A DNA stretch of 57,244 bases from a virus (taxonomy: Duplodnaviria; Caudoviricetes). Both the position numbers and the translations under genes were made by a program. The notes beneath the pieces are model-generated. The model was not told the DNA's origin. It worked only from the letters and a program-made list of their open reading frames with translations, and ran no database searches. The stretch spans positions 1-57,244 of IMG/VR virus record IMGVR_UViG_3300044838_000003; one strand, given 5' to 3'. Below are positions 27,893 through 37,505 of this stretch, in pieces. Within the stretch, counting starts at the first letter, position 1. The number at the start of each line of letters is the position of its first letter.

Positions 27893-28343
27893 GAGGGCGT
27901 TCTCCTTCGACTTGTGCGGTATCCCGCTTGATCTGCTGAGGGATACGGAATCCCCGTTGCTCTAGTTGGTAGAGCAGAGCCCAGTTCTCCTGGTCGGTCA
28001 GCTTGTCGATGTTGACGACGCGGAACGCTTCGGGATCTGGTACGTCGGTACCCACCCATCGGGCGGCGTTGTTGTAGTGGTGTCCGGGCCCGCGGAACGC
28101 CGGCTGGAACTTGATCGTCTGTTCGGGCAGCTTGGAGACGTGGATGTTGCCATCCTCGTCGGCCAGCTTGCGTATCCAATCGACGTGCCGGAAACCGGCC
28201 TGCCAGATGTGCTTGGACCACGACTTGAGGAACGCGGGGTGGGTGATGGCACCCACGCCCGCGATCGTCGGTAGATTACGCAGAGCCCAGACAACGTGCT
28301 CTTCTGGCTCGTTGGAGTTGTGCTCTGCCTGGGATGGAATCAT
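27882..28343 (-). CDS. Minor tail protein, DUF2744 / L5 gp29-like
   Basis: PEEH..WAL..LP, WSKHIW..GFRH. Confidence 0.8.
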   Translation of the reverse strand: MIPSQAEHNSNEPEEHVVWALRNLPTIAGVGAITHPAFLKSWSKHIWQAGFRHVDWIRKLADEDGNIHVSKLPEQTIKFQPAFRGPGHHYNNAARWVGTDVPDPEAFRVVNIDKLTDQENWALLYQLEQRGFRIPQQIKRDTAQVEGERPRGS

Positions 28344-28370
28344 AGCGGGCCTTCCGTCACTGTGACGTTA

Positions 28371-28661
28371 CTAGACTGAGGGAGCCTCTTCAGCCGGAAC
28401 GGCTGACTCGGCGCGAGCGATCTGCGCGTCCACCGAGCTGAAGTCCAGCGGGGTTTCCACCGGAGCCTCTGCCAAGCGGGCCTCGATGCGGTCTACCGCA
28501 GTCGAGAGTCGAGCCGCACGGTCGTTCAGTTCATCTTGATTTGCCAAGATACTGTCCAACTTTCTGTTGATTAGCTTGAACCAGGGATAGATGTCCCCGA
28601 CCCCTTCGATGAGCCACTCGATCTTGCGATCGAGTGTATCGTTACCGAAGATGATTTTCAT
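28371..28661 (-). CDS. Hypothetical coiled-coil protein
   Basis: GGAGG RBS. Confidence 0.65.
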   Translation of the reverse strand: MKIIFGNDTLDRKIEWLIEGVGDIYPWFKLINRKLDSILANQDELNDRAARLSTAVDRIEARLAEAPVETPLDFSSVDAQIARAESAVPAEEAPSV

Positions 28662-28668
28662 GTGCCTC

Positions 28669-31266
28669 CTATAGGATGCCGAAGGTGCTCAACGCCTGGT
28701 TGACCATCTTCACCTCGTCCAGCGCCTTGAACGCTGGGTCTTGAGGCTCAGACCATCCGACCGTGAACGTCCAGCCTCGGGAGCCGTCCTTGCCCCAGCC
28801 GTACTTGGCTCGGGAGACTCGCTCCATGAAGATGGTGTTCGCGACCGGATACTCGCGGAACGTGGTACCGATCCGGTCCCCGATGCCGAAGTCACCGTAG
28901 CCCTTCTCACCGAAGATGTAGGGTGCCGCGTCCGCTACCGTGATCTTATGCACGGTGCGGGCGCGGGTAGCCCAAATCTTGGCTCGAACAGCCATGAATG
29001 CACTAAGCGTAAATGCACGATCCGCACCGTCAGCCCAACCCTCGTAGTAGTGGAGGTCACCCAGAGAGGTGGGGTGCCCTTCCAATCCTGCGACGGGTAG
29101 CGTCAGCCCGCCGGGGCTGGCGCGCAGCGTGGGTACCTCCATGAAGGCCATGAAGGTGTCCTCGTAGAGGATCTTCGCTACGGCGTCCATGATACCGCCC
29201 AGGGGCGGGATGTCGATGGACGGTATGTGAACGTCTACGTTACCGCCTAGCCCGCCACCAACACCTACGGCCCCTGCTTCGGAGATGATGGTGTTGATTA
29301 TGCTGGTCAGGAAGTCGCCTGCCATGTTCACGCCCGCCGAAAACGCCTCGTTGACTCCGGGCATACTGTGTCCTCCGACGAGGAAACTGGTGTCGGTAGA
29401 CTCGAAGAACGTGAACTCAGACTCGGATACCCCGGTGAACATGCTGTCAGCGTATACAACGTGCGGAGCCTGCGGACTTGTTCCCAGGTAGTTCGGGGTG
29501 TAATACTCCCCAGGATACGTCGGGTCACCTGTGAAGATGTCGATGCCCTCGGTAGTGCCGTCGCCCGCTATGTTGACGACGGCCCTGAGCAACCCGGTGA
29601 GGAGCGAACCCCCAAAAGCGGTTTCCGTGCCCCAGCCTGACTTGTCCACGATGTCCCAGACCAGCACGAAGTGCCGAAGCGGGACCAGCGAGAACAGGTC
29701 TTCCACGAAGTCCAAGTTCAGCTCGCCTTGCAGGTCGCTGAACGGGTGGGGATCTTCGCCCTCGATGTAGCGTCGGCAGACCACGGTGAGCTGAGCGTCC
29801 TGTAGGTCCTTCTTGGCGACATCGTGCCACGACTTGAACCGCGAGAAGATGATCGTCAGGTTGGAATTGTCCGCTAGGAACGGGAACGGCTTGGTGATGT
29901 TGCGCCAGGTCGAGGTGTCAAAGGAGAACGGAATCCAGGATCGGATGTCCATTGGGTTGTCGGGCAGCGTCCAGAGGGACGTTTCCAACCTCATTAGGTT
30001 GACGAACAAGGTAACTAGGAGGCACCATTTGGCCGGTCCAAAGATTACCCACAGCTTGGGAAACTGCACTTCAGGGATAAGAAACGGGTTTGCCCAGACT
30101 AGGATGTGCTTTGCTTGCTCGTAGTCGTGCTTGAAGGTGATCGTCAGATAACGATCGCCCTCTTTGGTGTGGACGACCTTGTAGTTGTCCATGAACCCCG
30201 ACCAGCGATACCCCTGCTTGTCGATGGTGATCAGCACGTTGCGCTTCTCGCGGCCACGGAAGTCCATGACCCACTTCGCGAGGTAGTGGTCGAGCGACAG
30301 CTCTAGGGCTGCGGTGCCCGTATCGTTCTCCACGATCTCGTAGTCGATGTCCCGCCAGCCAGCGACCTCGCCGCGGAGTACGCCGTCTCCGTCCCACAGA
30401 CGAATCTTAGGGGGAGCCAGCCGACGACGCTCCTTCAGAGCGCGCTCGGCCATCGCGATGTTCCAGAGGCGTTCTGAGTCCTCTAGGCTGGTGATACCGC
30501 CGAGGGGGACGATGTTGGGTACGCCCTCGATGCGGTCGTACTTGATCTCGATCATCGGCCGCACCTTGGCGTCCATCGTGGACTGGTACGAGCTGACGAA
30601 GAAACCAAGCGGGTACTTGAAGTCGGTGATCGGGCAGGGATACGTGGTGTAGACCCGGTACTCGACCTGACCCTCGGTGTGCGAGAAATACTCGTCGGCC
30701 ACCACGTCTACGCCGTCGTAGGTCGGGTGGATCAGGTTCATCCCGAGGACAGCATTCTGACCGGCCAGCGTGCCTGTGCCCGCTAGGGTCTGGAGGATGT
30801 TATCCCAGGTCAGACCGGCCAAATCCGAAAGGACCGCGCTGCGATCCGGCCAGTCAGACCACCCGTCGTACTGCCTTTTGATGTCGAGCGTGGGGTGCGT
30901 CCAACTCGTCGGTTGATCCACCAAGTTGCGAAGAACGCCACCGTACTTACGGCCTGAGTTAGCAACCAGCACGATGTTAAGATCGCTCGCTGTTTTGCTG
31001 CTTGTCGGACCATAACGCTTCTCCCAGCTCTGGATCATAACCGCGCCGAAGCTGGCGCCGAACAGCGTGACGTGTCCTGGCGTGGCGATGATCTGCGCGT
31101 TGAGGTCGTCCACCAGTATGTCGAAGGCAGCCCCGTCCGGGAACAACTGCCAGTCGTTGTAGTAGTACGGCGTCACGGTGTTGCCGTTGGTGACCCAGCC
31201 CTTGAGCTTGTGGGTCATGTCCTGGGAGCCGAAGGCGCCGTCTACCGTGATCACCGTCGTAGTCAT
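28669..31266 (-). CDS. Minor tail (hub) protein, L5 gp28-like, with an N-terminal PE-PPE serine hydrolase domain
   Basis: C-terminal about 600 aa: PPKIRLWDGD, RWSG, WANPF..P..QFPK, GDFGIGDRIG; N-terminus: GASFG, RQYDGWSDWP, NAVLGMNLIHPTY. Confidence 0.88.
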   Translation of the reverse strand: MTTTVITVDGAFGSQDMTHKLKGWVTNGNTVTPYYYNDWQLFPDGAAFDILVDDLNAQIIATPGHVTLFGASFGAVMIQSWEKRYGPTSSKTASDLNIVLVANSGRKYGGVLRNLVDQPTSWTHPTLDIKRQYDGWSDWPDRSAVLSDLAGLTWDNILQTLAGTGTLAGQNAVLGMNLIHPTYDGVDVVADEYFSHTEGQVEYRVYTTYPCPITDFKYPLGFFVSSYQSTMDAKVRPMIEIKYDRIEGVPNIVPLGGITSLEDSERLWNIAMAERALKERRRLAPPKIRLWDGDGVLRGEVAGWRDIDYEIVENDTGTAALELSLDHYLAKWVMDFRGREKRNVLITIDKQGYRWSGFMDNYKVVHTKEGDRYLTITFKHDYEQAKHILVWANPFLIPEVQFPKLWVIFGPAKWCLLVTLFVNLMRLETSLWTLPDNPMDIRSWIPFSFDTSTWRNITKPFPFLADNSNLTIIFSRFKSWHDVAKKDLQDAQLTVVCRRYIEGEDPHPFSDLQGELNLDFVEDLFSLVPLRHFVLVWDIVDKSGWGTETAFGGSLLTGLLRAVVNIAGDGTTEGIDIFTGDPTYPGEYYTPNYLGTSPQAPHVVYADSMFTGVSESEFTFFESTDTSFLVGGHSMPGVNEAFSAGVNMAGDFLTSIINTIISEAGAVGVGGGLGGNVDVHIPSIDIPPLGGIMDAVAKILYEDTFMAFMEVPTLRASPGGLTLPVAGLEGHPTSLGDLHYYEGWADGADRAFTLSAFMAVRAKIWATRARTVHKITVADAAPYIFGEKGYGDFGIGDRIGTTFREYPVANTIFMERVSRAKYGWGKDGSRGWTFTVGWSEPQDPAFKALDEVKMVNQALSTFGIL

Positions 31267-31457
31267 CGGAATCCTATCCTCTTGCCTTCTTCGTAGTAGG
31301 GTTCCATGCGATCGGCTCTGAGAGGCTCTGTGTCGCGTTCAAACGCGCCGTTGGTATGAGTAGACCCATTCCACTCCGCTGACGAGTCAGCGTAGAGCGT
31401 GGGGGCTAGTTCTATACCGAACACCTCCGTCCCGAGGACGGAGATGCTCAGCCTCAC
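31263..31457 (-). CDS. Small hypothetical protein (64 aa) between the tail genes
   Basis: GTGA and ATGA overlaps with both neighbours. Confidence 0.55.
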   Translation of the reverse strand: MRLSISVLGTEVFGIELAPTLYADSSAEWNGSTHTNGAFERDTEPLRADRMEPYYEEGKRIGFR

Positions 31458-33445
31458 TTCTTTACACCCCACGGACGAGAATACGGCCGGGGAATCCGGA
31501 GGGTCACCATCTGACCCTCGACGGCCCCCGTCACCCGGATGTGGAAGTCCATCGCTCCGGTCCACTTGGGGATGTGGTTCTTGAACCTCACCCCGTTCAT
31601 CCGCGCCCACAGGGCGCTACCGGACTCTGACTTGACCTGCTCGACTCTGGGATCAGAGTCGATGAGGGCGTTCTCCGCGGGCGCTGTCGCGCCGTCGCGG
31701 ATCGTGATAGCCTCGATGTTCACCCCAGAGCCACCGGTTAGGGTGGAAGAGTCGGGAATGACCAACGGTACATCGAGACCGGAGATGTTCTGCTGGAACT
31801 CGATGATGTACGGCCACTCGCCCTGTACGTCGGTCAGGATCGTCGCACTCGGGCTGACGCCGCCGACCAGCGAGGCCGGGTCGATCGTGAGCTGCGGGAC
31901 GTTTACGCCCGCCTGGGTGCCGCCGAAGCGGATCGTGTACTTGGTGTTACCCTCGGTCGTGGTGTTGACCTGCATCCCCACCATCGCCCCGCCAGTAAGG
32001 TGGGTCGTGTCTACGGTGACCTGATTCTGGTTGATGCCCGCGACGTTGCCGCCGACGAACGTCAGCCGGAACGGCTGGTAGAGCTGGAAGAATCCGTCTT
32101 GGGTGACCACGATCTGGAAGACCCCGACGTTGGACAGCGCGCTGAGCGCGTTGCTGATGTCCAGAGCCGAGCAGTTGTAGGCTAGATGCCCGGTGGTCTG
32201 ACCGTTGAACGTGATGGTCCAATACCCGCCTGATGGCTCGCCAGTAAAGCTGATCGTCTGGACCTCGTTTGTAACCTCCGTCGCCTCGACGGAGATGTCG
32301 AAGAATCCCAGGTTGGGGAGCAGGCCAAGAGCGAGCTGAACGTCGTAGGGCCCGAGCCACGGCACGATCGGCGCCGTGAACTGACCATCGAAGCCCAGCT
32401 TATACGAGCCACCGGTAGGACCTCCTGTGAGGATGTACTCTTGTACCTCGTTGACCGGGGTACCGCGGGTGACGTTCACGTCGTTCACCGTCAGGTTGGG
32501 CAGAGCCTCTAGGGCCGTCTTGAGCGCCGCGTCGGTGATCGTCGGGCTGAGGTGGCCCGTAACCTCTCCGTCGAAGTCCAGAGTCCAGTAACCACCGGTC
32601 GGGTGGGCGTCACCCTTGATGGTGACGCGCTGGACCTCATTCGTCCGCAAGCCACCAATCAGGGAAGGCATTTTCAGCCTCCGGTCCACCGTACCGTTGT
32701 CCGGGAATGTCTCCGTATCGAGGTTGTAGTCCGGAAGTGTCCAGGTCACAGCAGGGCTGTTGGGTGCGCCTAGCCACGGGATACCGGGGACATAGGGCTC
32801 GGCAGGAGGGAGGGTACTCCCCGGTGCTGTCCACTTCGGGAATACTCCGTCCTGGTCGGTCGGGTTAGCGTGCGGTACCGAGATGGTCAGCTCCTCGAAA
32901 GGGAGCGTCTCCTGCGGCCACGGCCACGGTAGTGGGTTGGGGTCGAACGTGGTGTCGGTCGCCGTCACGGCCGAGAAGATAGCATCCTTCTCGTACCAGA
33001 ACGGGTCGCCGGCGATCAGGTGGATCGTCGCCTGATTGATCAGCCCGAGGTTCGGGTCGGTCTTCAGGTCCACTTCGTACTGCTCGCCCAGCCGCGCCTT
33101 GAGGACGCGCTGCGGCCACTCGGGGTGGGTGATCTTGATGAGCGAGTCGCGGTTGTAGTCGAACATCATCCGCAGCTCGGAGTCCCGGTAGGCCCAGGAC
33201 TCGTCATCGTCGTCCAAGATCCAGATCGGGAGTATGATGTCCCGTCGTAGAATCCTGTGTGACAGATAACGAGCCCCAGGCCAGTAACCGGGCTCTTCGT
33301 AGACAACCTTGGCCTGAGCGTCGTAGAGCTGCTGCGGGTCGGTGGCGAGGACGTAGCCCTCGTCACCCCAGCCTTCACCAGCGATGGTGATGTGCTTCCC
33401 GTTTGAGCCGACGATCTCAACGATGGTGTCGCGATTGATCGACAC
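31454..33445 (-). CDS. Distal tail protein (L5 gp27-like) with three inserted NEVQ...TGG domains
   Basis: Follows the tape measure; YEEPG..PGARY, AGDPFWY, IDSDPR..Q, LRIPRPYSRPWG; about 320-aa insertion. Confidence 0.88.
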   Translation of the reverse strand: MSINRDTIVEIVGSNGKHITIAGEGWGDEGYVLATDPQQLYDAQAKVVYEEPGYWPGARYLSHRILRRDIILPIWILDDDDESWAYRDSELRMMFDYNRDSLIKITHPEWPQRVLKARLGEQYEVDLKTDPNLGLINQATIHLIAGDPFWYEKDAIFSAVTATDTTFDPNPLPWPWPQETLPFEELTISVPHANPTDQDGVFPKWTAPGSTLPPAEPYVPGIPWLGAPNSPAVTWTLPDYNLDTETFPDNGTVDRRLKMPSLIGGLRTNEVQRVTIKGDAHPTGGYWTLDFDGEVTGHLSPTITDAALKTALEALPNLTVNDVNVTRGTPVNEVQEYILTGGPTGGSYKLGFDGQFTAPIVPWLGPYDVQLALGLLPNLGFFDISVEATEVTNEVQTISFTGEPSGGYWTITFNGQTTGHLAYNCSALDISNALSALSNVGVFQIVVTQDGFFQLYQPFRLTFVGGNVAGINQNQVTVDTTHLTGGAMVGMQVNTTTEGNTKYTIRFGGTQAGVNVPQLTIDPASLVGGVSPSATILTDVQGEWPYIIEFQQNISGLDVPLVIPDSSTLTGGSGVNIEAITIRDGATAPAENALIDSDPRVEQVKSESGSALWARMNGVRFKNHIPKWTGAMDFHIRVTGAVEGQMVTLRIPRPYSRPWGVKK

Positions 33446-33486
33446 TCTGCCTCCTGCTCTGTGCGTGGCTGTTACCACGGCCTCGC

Positions 33487-36400
33487 TTAGTTGCTACGCT
33501 GCGTGTGTTCCATAGACTCGCGAGTCTTCACCCGCTCGTAGTTCTTCATGGTCCCGTCGTGGTCCATCGACTGGAAGTTGTAGGTGTTTCCACCTTGACC
33601 GCCACCGAAAGCACCTTGGGCTACGCTGTTCACCGCCGAGGACAGGAAGCCGATGCCGTAGTCGGCCAGCTTCTCTACGGCTCCGTTGCCGCTCATCCCG
33701 AGGTCGGTCTGTAGCTGACTGACGTTGGCCATCGCCATGCCCTTCAGCGCGTCCAGTCCGGACGCAAGAGCCTGCGTGATCATCGAGGCAGCCTGCGAGG
33801 TCGAGTCGGAACCCGAACCCTTGCCGCCGAACTGCGAGTTGTACTTGGACTCCTTCGAGTCCAGGCCCAGCTCCGTCCGGAGATCCTGAAGCTGCTTCAT
33901 CTGGGCTTGGATACCCGCACGGCCGGTCTTGTCCTTGGGGTCGAGAGATTCCTTTGACTGCTTCAGACGGTCGTACTGGATACCGATCGCCTGTAGCTCA
34001 CGACCGATCTGACCCTTCAGTTCGGGCGACACTACGCCGCTCTCCTGCATGGTCTCGGAGACCCGCTGAGCAAGCTCCTGGGCCTTGGAGACGACGCCTT
34101 GGAAGCCTTCCGACATCCCGTCGTCAAACCCCTGAGCGAAGTCCTGTCCGGACTTGTGCGACTTCTTGGAGGGCGAGTGTGCGTCGATACCAAACGGACC
34201 CGCCAGGGCCGCAGCGACACCGCTACCGAGGGCCTGAGCCGCCGCTAGAGCGGCTGGCGCCGAGGCAGCTATACCGCCAGCCAGACCAGTACCCAGAGCA
34301 ACACCAGCGGCGTTACCCGCTGGGCCGAGCCCTTGTAGGCTAGCCTGAATCTGTCCGACCATCGCGGAGATGCTGCCGTTTACCTGACCCGCCGCCGCCT
34401 GCGTAGAGGCGATCAGCGGCTCCCAGATCTTCTCGCTACCCGGAGGTAGCTTGGGGACCTCGATCTTCGGTGCTTTTATCTCGCCCTGAGAGCCCCCAGG
34501 AGCGATCGGAGCGACCGGTGCGGGTGGATGTGGCTGGATCGGGTTACCAGGGCCTCCTGGGAACAACCCGGCCGTACTAGGACCCTGTACAATCTGGACG
34601 GGGACCGGTGGTGAGCCGGGAGCCAGAGGCTTACCGGCGTTGAACGGCTCGGGGGCCGCGTTAGCGGTCGGCGTACCGCCGCCTAGCAGCATCGAGATCA
34701 GGTTTCCACCGATGGTCTGTTCGGTGACGAACTTCTTAGCTCCGTCGAACATGTGGCCGAGGAAGTCCTTAGCCTTATCACCGATCCACTGAACCGGGTC
34801 GTCTACGAACCCGACCTTTTGGTTCATCGCCTCCTCGTGGGTGACGGGTACCGCGGGAGAGCCAGCAGTAGGACCGGGCTTGGTACCGTAGGGGGCGTTC
34901 GGGTCGGGCTTGTCCGAAGACGGGATCAGCTTCAGTATCGTGGCTAGACCCTCGAAGACCGGACCCATCCGAGCGACCTGCTCGGCTAGGTGCTCTAGTC
35001 CCGTCAGGAAGTCGGTGATACCGCGGATCAGGTTGGGATCGCCCGCGAGCTGCAAACCCTTTTCCAGCAGGTTTCCAACGAAGTCCTTGATGCCGTTCAG
35101 CACCGGCTTCATGTTGGAGATCGCGGTATCCAGCTCCGAGCTACCGGGGACCTCCTTGCCAAACCAGTCCTGCTTCGGCTTGGAGATCTTGCCGACCCAG
35201 TTCTGGAACTGACCAGCCCACTCGGTCATGGTGTTGGCTAGACCGGGGAGGTGGTCTCCGACGTTGACGATCAGGTTCGACATAGCCGACGTGAACAACT
35301 GCAACGCGGGGGAGAGGTTGGTCAGCATCGTACCGACGCTGTTCGTGAAGCGGTCGAAGCCTTCGGTGAACGCGGGGGTAGCTAGGACGTTGCCCAGACC
35401 CTCTGCCATCTTCACGAGGCCCTGTGCTACGAACGGCAGACCGCGGGTAAGCTGCGGGATGACGCCGGCAATCTGCTGGAAGACCGGCTTCAGGCCGGTC
35501 GCGAAGACATCCGAGACGTTGGTCTGTAGCTCGCTGAGTACGGAGCCTAGGCCCTGCTTGGCCTTGCCCTTCGGCTTGCCGTCCTTGTCGAACTTCTGCT
35601 CATCCTTGAGGATACCAGAGTCGTCCAGTGCCTTCTTCACGCCCTTGAAGCCCAGCGCGAATACGCCAAGCGGTAGAGCGAAGCCAGCGACCAGCGCGGG
35701 CAAGCCGACTAGGGCCTGCGATACCAGAGCTAGGGCGGGAGCCAGCAGCGACAGACCGGCGACGATGATGCCGATCGAGCCGAATGCGCCCAGCCCACCG
35801 ATGTTGGGTACCAGGTCGGGGGCCTTGAAGTTGCTGATGGCGTTACCGCCGCGGTCCATCAGGCGGCTGAGGAAGTTGCCCTGCTTTTGGTCACCCAGGT
35901 GCTTGTTGAATATGCGGTCTAGGTCACCCTCAGCGGACTGCATCAGGTTGTGGAGGGACGCCTCATCACGCTGCATCTTCACCTTGATGGTGAAGTTCTC
36001 GTGGGCCAGGCGCAGCCGCATCTCTTCGATCTCGTGCTCATCCATACGTGGCTTGAGCTGGATACGCTGCTCCATGTCCGCGAGGTCGCGGCGTGCTTGG
36101 GCCTGCGGCGACCACTCCCGCATGGTGTTGGCTAGGCGCTGTTGGGCGCGACCGATGTCCAGCGACTCGTCGGTCAGGAACCGGTCGATACGCTTCTTGG
36201 CGAGGTCGAGCCCGAACGTGTCGGCCTCAACCTTGATCTTGATCTTCTCGCCCAGCTCGGCCTCTTTGGCTAGAGCGTGGACCTTCGCACGGAGACCCTT
36301 GCCATCGGCGTCGAGGTCGATCCGCATGTCGTACTTCTCGTTGGTGACCTCTTCGATCTTCCGACGAGCCTTGCTGGTATCCGCGTCAACAGGTACCTCG

Positions 36401-36519
36401 ATGTCCTTGCCAGCGCCTAGGGCGCCAGCCCGGACCTCTTCGCGGAAACCCGTCATGTCCGGGACAACGCGAATCGAAAGGCGTCCTACTTCCTTGTCGA
36501 TCCCGGCACCACTAGCCAT
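33487..36519 (-). CDS. Tape measure protein
   Basis: 1010 aa; EVGRLSIRVVPD..GFR start; helical, Ala/Gly-rich; HSPSK motif; follows the chaperones. Confidence 0.93.
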   Translation of the reverse strand: MASGAGIDKEVGRLSIRVVPDMTGFREEVRAGALGAGKDIEVPVDADTSKARRKIEEVTNEKYDMRIDLDADGKGLRAKVHALAKEAELGEKIKIKVEADTFGLDLAKKRIDRFLTDESLDIGRAQQRLANTMREWSPQAQARRDLADMEQRIQLKPRMDEHEIEEMRLRLAHENFTIKVKMQRDEASLHNLMQSAEGDLDRIFNKHLGDQKQGNFLSRLMDRGGNAISNFKAPDLVPNIGGLGAFGSIGIIVAGLSLLAPALALVSQALVGLPALVAGFALPLGVFALGFKGVKKALDDSGILKDEQKFDKDGKPKGKAKQGLGSVLSELQTNVSDVFATGLKPVFQQIAGVIPQLTRGLPFVAQGLVKMAEGLGNVLATPAFTEGFDRFTNSVGTMLTNLSPALQLFTSAMSNLIVNVGDHLPGLANTMTEWAGQFQNWVGKISKPKQDWFGKEVPGSSELDTAISNMKPVLNGIKDFVGNLLEKGLQLAGDPNLIRGITDFLTGLEHLAEQVARMGPVFEGLATILKLIPSSDKPDPNAPYGTKPGPTAGSPAVPVTHEEAMNQKVGFVDDPVQWIGDKAKDFLGHMFDGAKKFVTEQTIGGNLISMLLGGGTPTANAAPEPFNAGKPLAPGSPPVPVQIVQGPSTAGLFPGGPGNPIQPHPPAPVAPIAPGGSQGEIKAPKIEVPKLPPGSEKIWEPLIASTQAAAGQVNGSISAMVGQIQASLQGLGPAGNAAGVALGTGLAGGIAASAPAALAAAQALGSGVAAALAGPFGIDAHSPSKKSHKSGQDFAQGFDDGMSEGFQGVVSKAQELAQRVSETMQESGVVSPELKGQIGRELQAIGIQYDRLKQSKESLDPKDKTGRAGIQAQMKQLQDLRTELGLDSKESKYNSQFGGKGSGSDSTSQAASMITQALASGLDALKGMAMANVSQLQTDLGMSGNGAVEKLADYGIGFLSSAVNSVAQGAFGGGQGGNTYNFQSMDHDGTMKNYERVKTRESMEHTQRSN

Positions 36520-36520
36520 G

Positions 36521-37006
36521 TCAGGCTCCTGTCTGCTGCTTTGCTTCCGCTGCTGCGGCTAATCTCTTGCGCTTGTTGCGCTTAGCCTGCTGCAACATAT
36601 CGCCGAACGATCCGGCCTTGAACGTGGTTTTCTGGTCATCCGGTAGGGTACCGGGGTCTGGCTTGTCACCAGGGCGTGGGTAACGCTTCGGGGGTGACGG
36701 TACTGGCTTGTTCGGGTCGCGGTGGGCCATGATCAGGATGTAGGCTAGGTCCTGTAGGCTGTCCACCATGTCGGCCGCTGTGTAGCGATCCTGGTCCCAG
36801 CCGCGGTACTGGATGCCGCCGCGTTGCGCCGCCACGAACGCCGAAGCGATCGGGAGGTTAGCGACGTGGAGCAGAGCCCACCGTGGGTCCAGCGGGTCGT
36901 CCTCCGAGAACAAGTCCCGGAGGTCGATCCGATAGTAGTGCATCAAGTCTGGGACTAGGTGCTGGCCGTACTCGTCTATGAGACGAGCCAGCTCTAGGCT
37001 TCCCCC
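36521..37006 (-). CDS. Tail assembly chaperone, -1 frameshift extension (G-T product)
   Basis: LARLIDEYG..L..DL..YY..DLRD; reached through the slippery site. Confidence 0.85.
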   Translation of the reverse strand, partial: GGSLELARLIDEYGQHLVPDLMHYYRIDLRDLFSEDDPLDPRWALLHVANLPIASAFVAAQRGGIQYRGWDQDRYTAADMVDSLQDLAYILIMAHRDPNKPVPSPPKRYPRPGDKPDPGTLPDDQKTTFKAGSFGDMLQQAKRNKRKRLAAAAEAKQQTGA

Positions 37007-37380
37007 GCTTGGGTGTTCTCCATCCACTTGCCCAGGATCTCTCCGAGCAGGTTGGCTGTGTAGAGTGGGTCATCCGACGCAACGGCGTCCAGGATGAGCT
37101 GTGCGTCGTCGGTGATCTGCAACAGCACCGCGCTGATGGTCTCAACCAGCAGCTCGTAGCCAGCGATCTCGTCGCCGTCGTCGCCGTCACCGATCTCGTC
37201 AACCTGCTTCAGCGTCTCCCAGACCTTCTCTCGGGTCTTCTTTGGCAGCCGGAAGATCGACGGCAGCTCGACCTCGATGTCCTCGCCCAGCACGAAGCGG
37301 GTGGGACCGAGGCGGCGCCGCGTGGCGGTCGCTAGGTCGTTCAGGGTGTAGGTGTTCGACGGTGTTTCAGTCTTGGACAT
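36994..37380 (-). CDS. Tail assembly chaperone
   Basis: GGAAAGG RBS; ends W..NTQAGEA, typical of cluster A. Confidence 0.88.
   Translation of the reverse strand: MSKTETPSNTYTLNDLATATRRRLGPTRFVLGEDIEVELPSIFRLPKKTREKVWETLKQVDEIGDGDDGDEIAGYELLVETISAVLLQITDDAQLILDAVASDDPLYTANLLGEILGKWMENTQAGEA
37000..37006 (-). other. Programmed -1 frameshift slippery site GGGGGAA
   Basis: GCG GGG GAA GCC TAG at the end of the chaperone; the -1 frame is open to 36521. Confidence 0.85.
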
Positions 37381-37450
37381 GACGGGCCTTTCCTGTAGGT
37401 GATGATAGCGGCGGGCGTTATTCTCACTTGTGGGTCTAAGTGAGTACATG

Positions 37451-37495
37451 AAAAGGGGGAGCCTCCCAGGCCCGCCAAGGTAAGGAGGCTCCCCC
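37451..37495 (-). terminator. Intrinsic terminator after the major tail gene
   Basis: GGGGGAGCCTCC...GGAGGCTCCCCC-TTTT on the minus strand. Confidence 0.85.
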
Positions 37496-37505
37496 GGTCT
37501 GGCGA

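Noticed and set aside
35228-36562. 444-aa antisense ORF over the tape measure gene
   Set aside because: Antisense shadow of a GC-rich gene; no recognisable domain.
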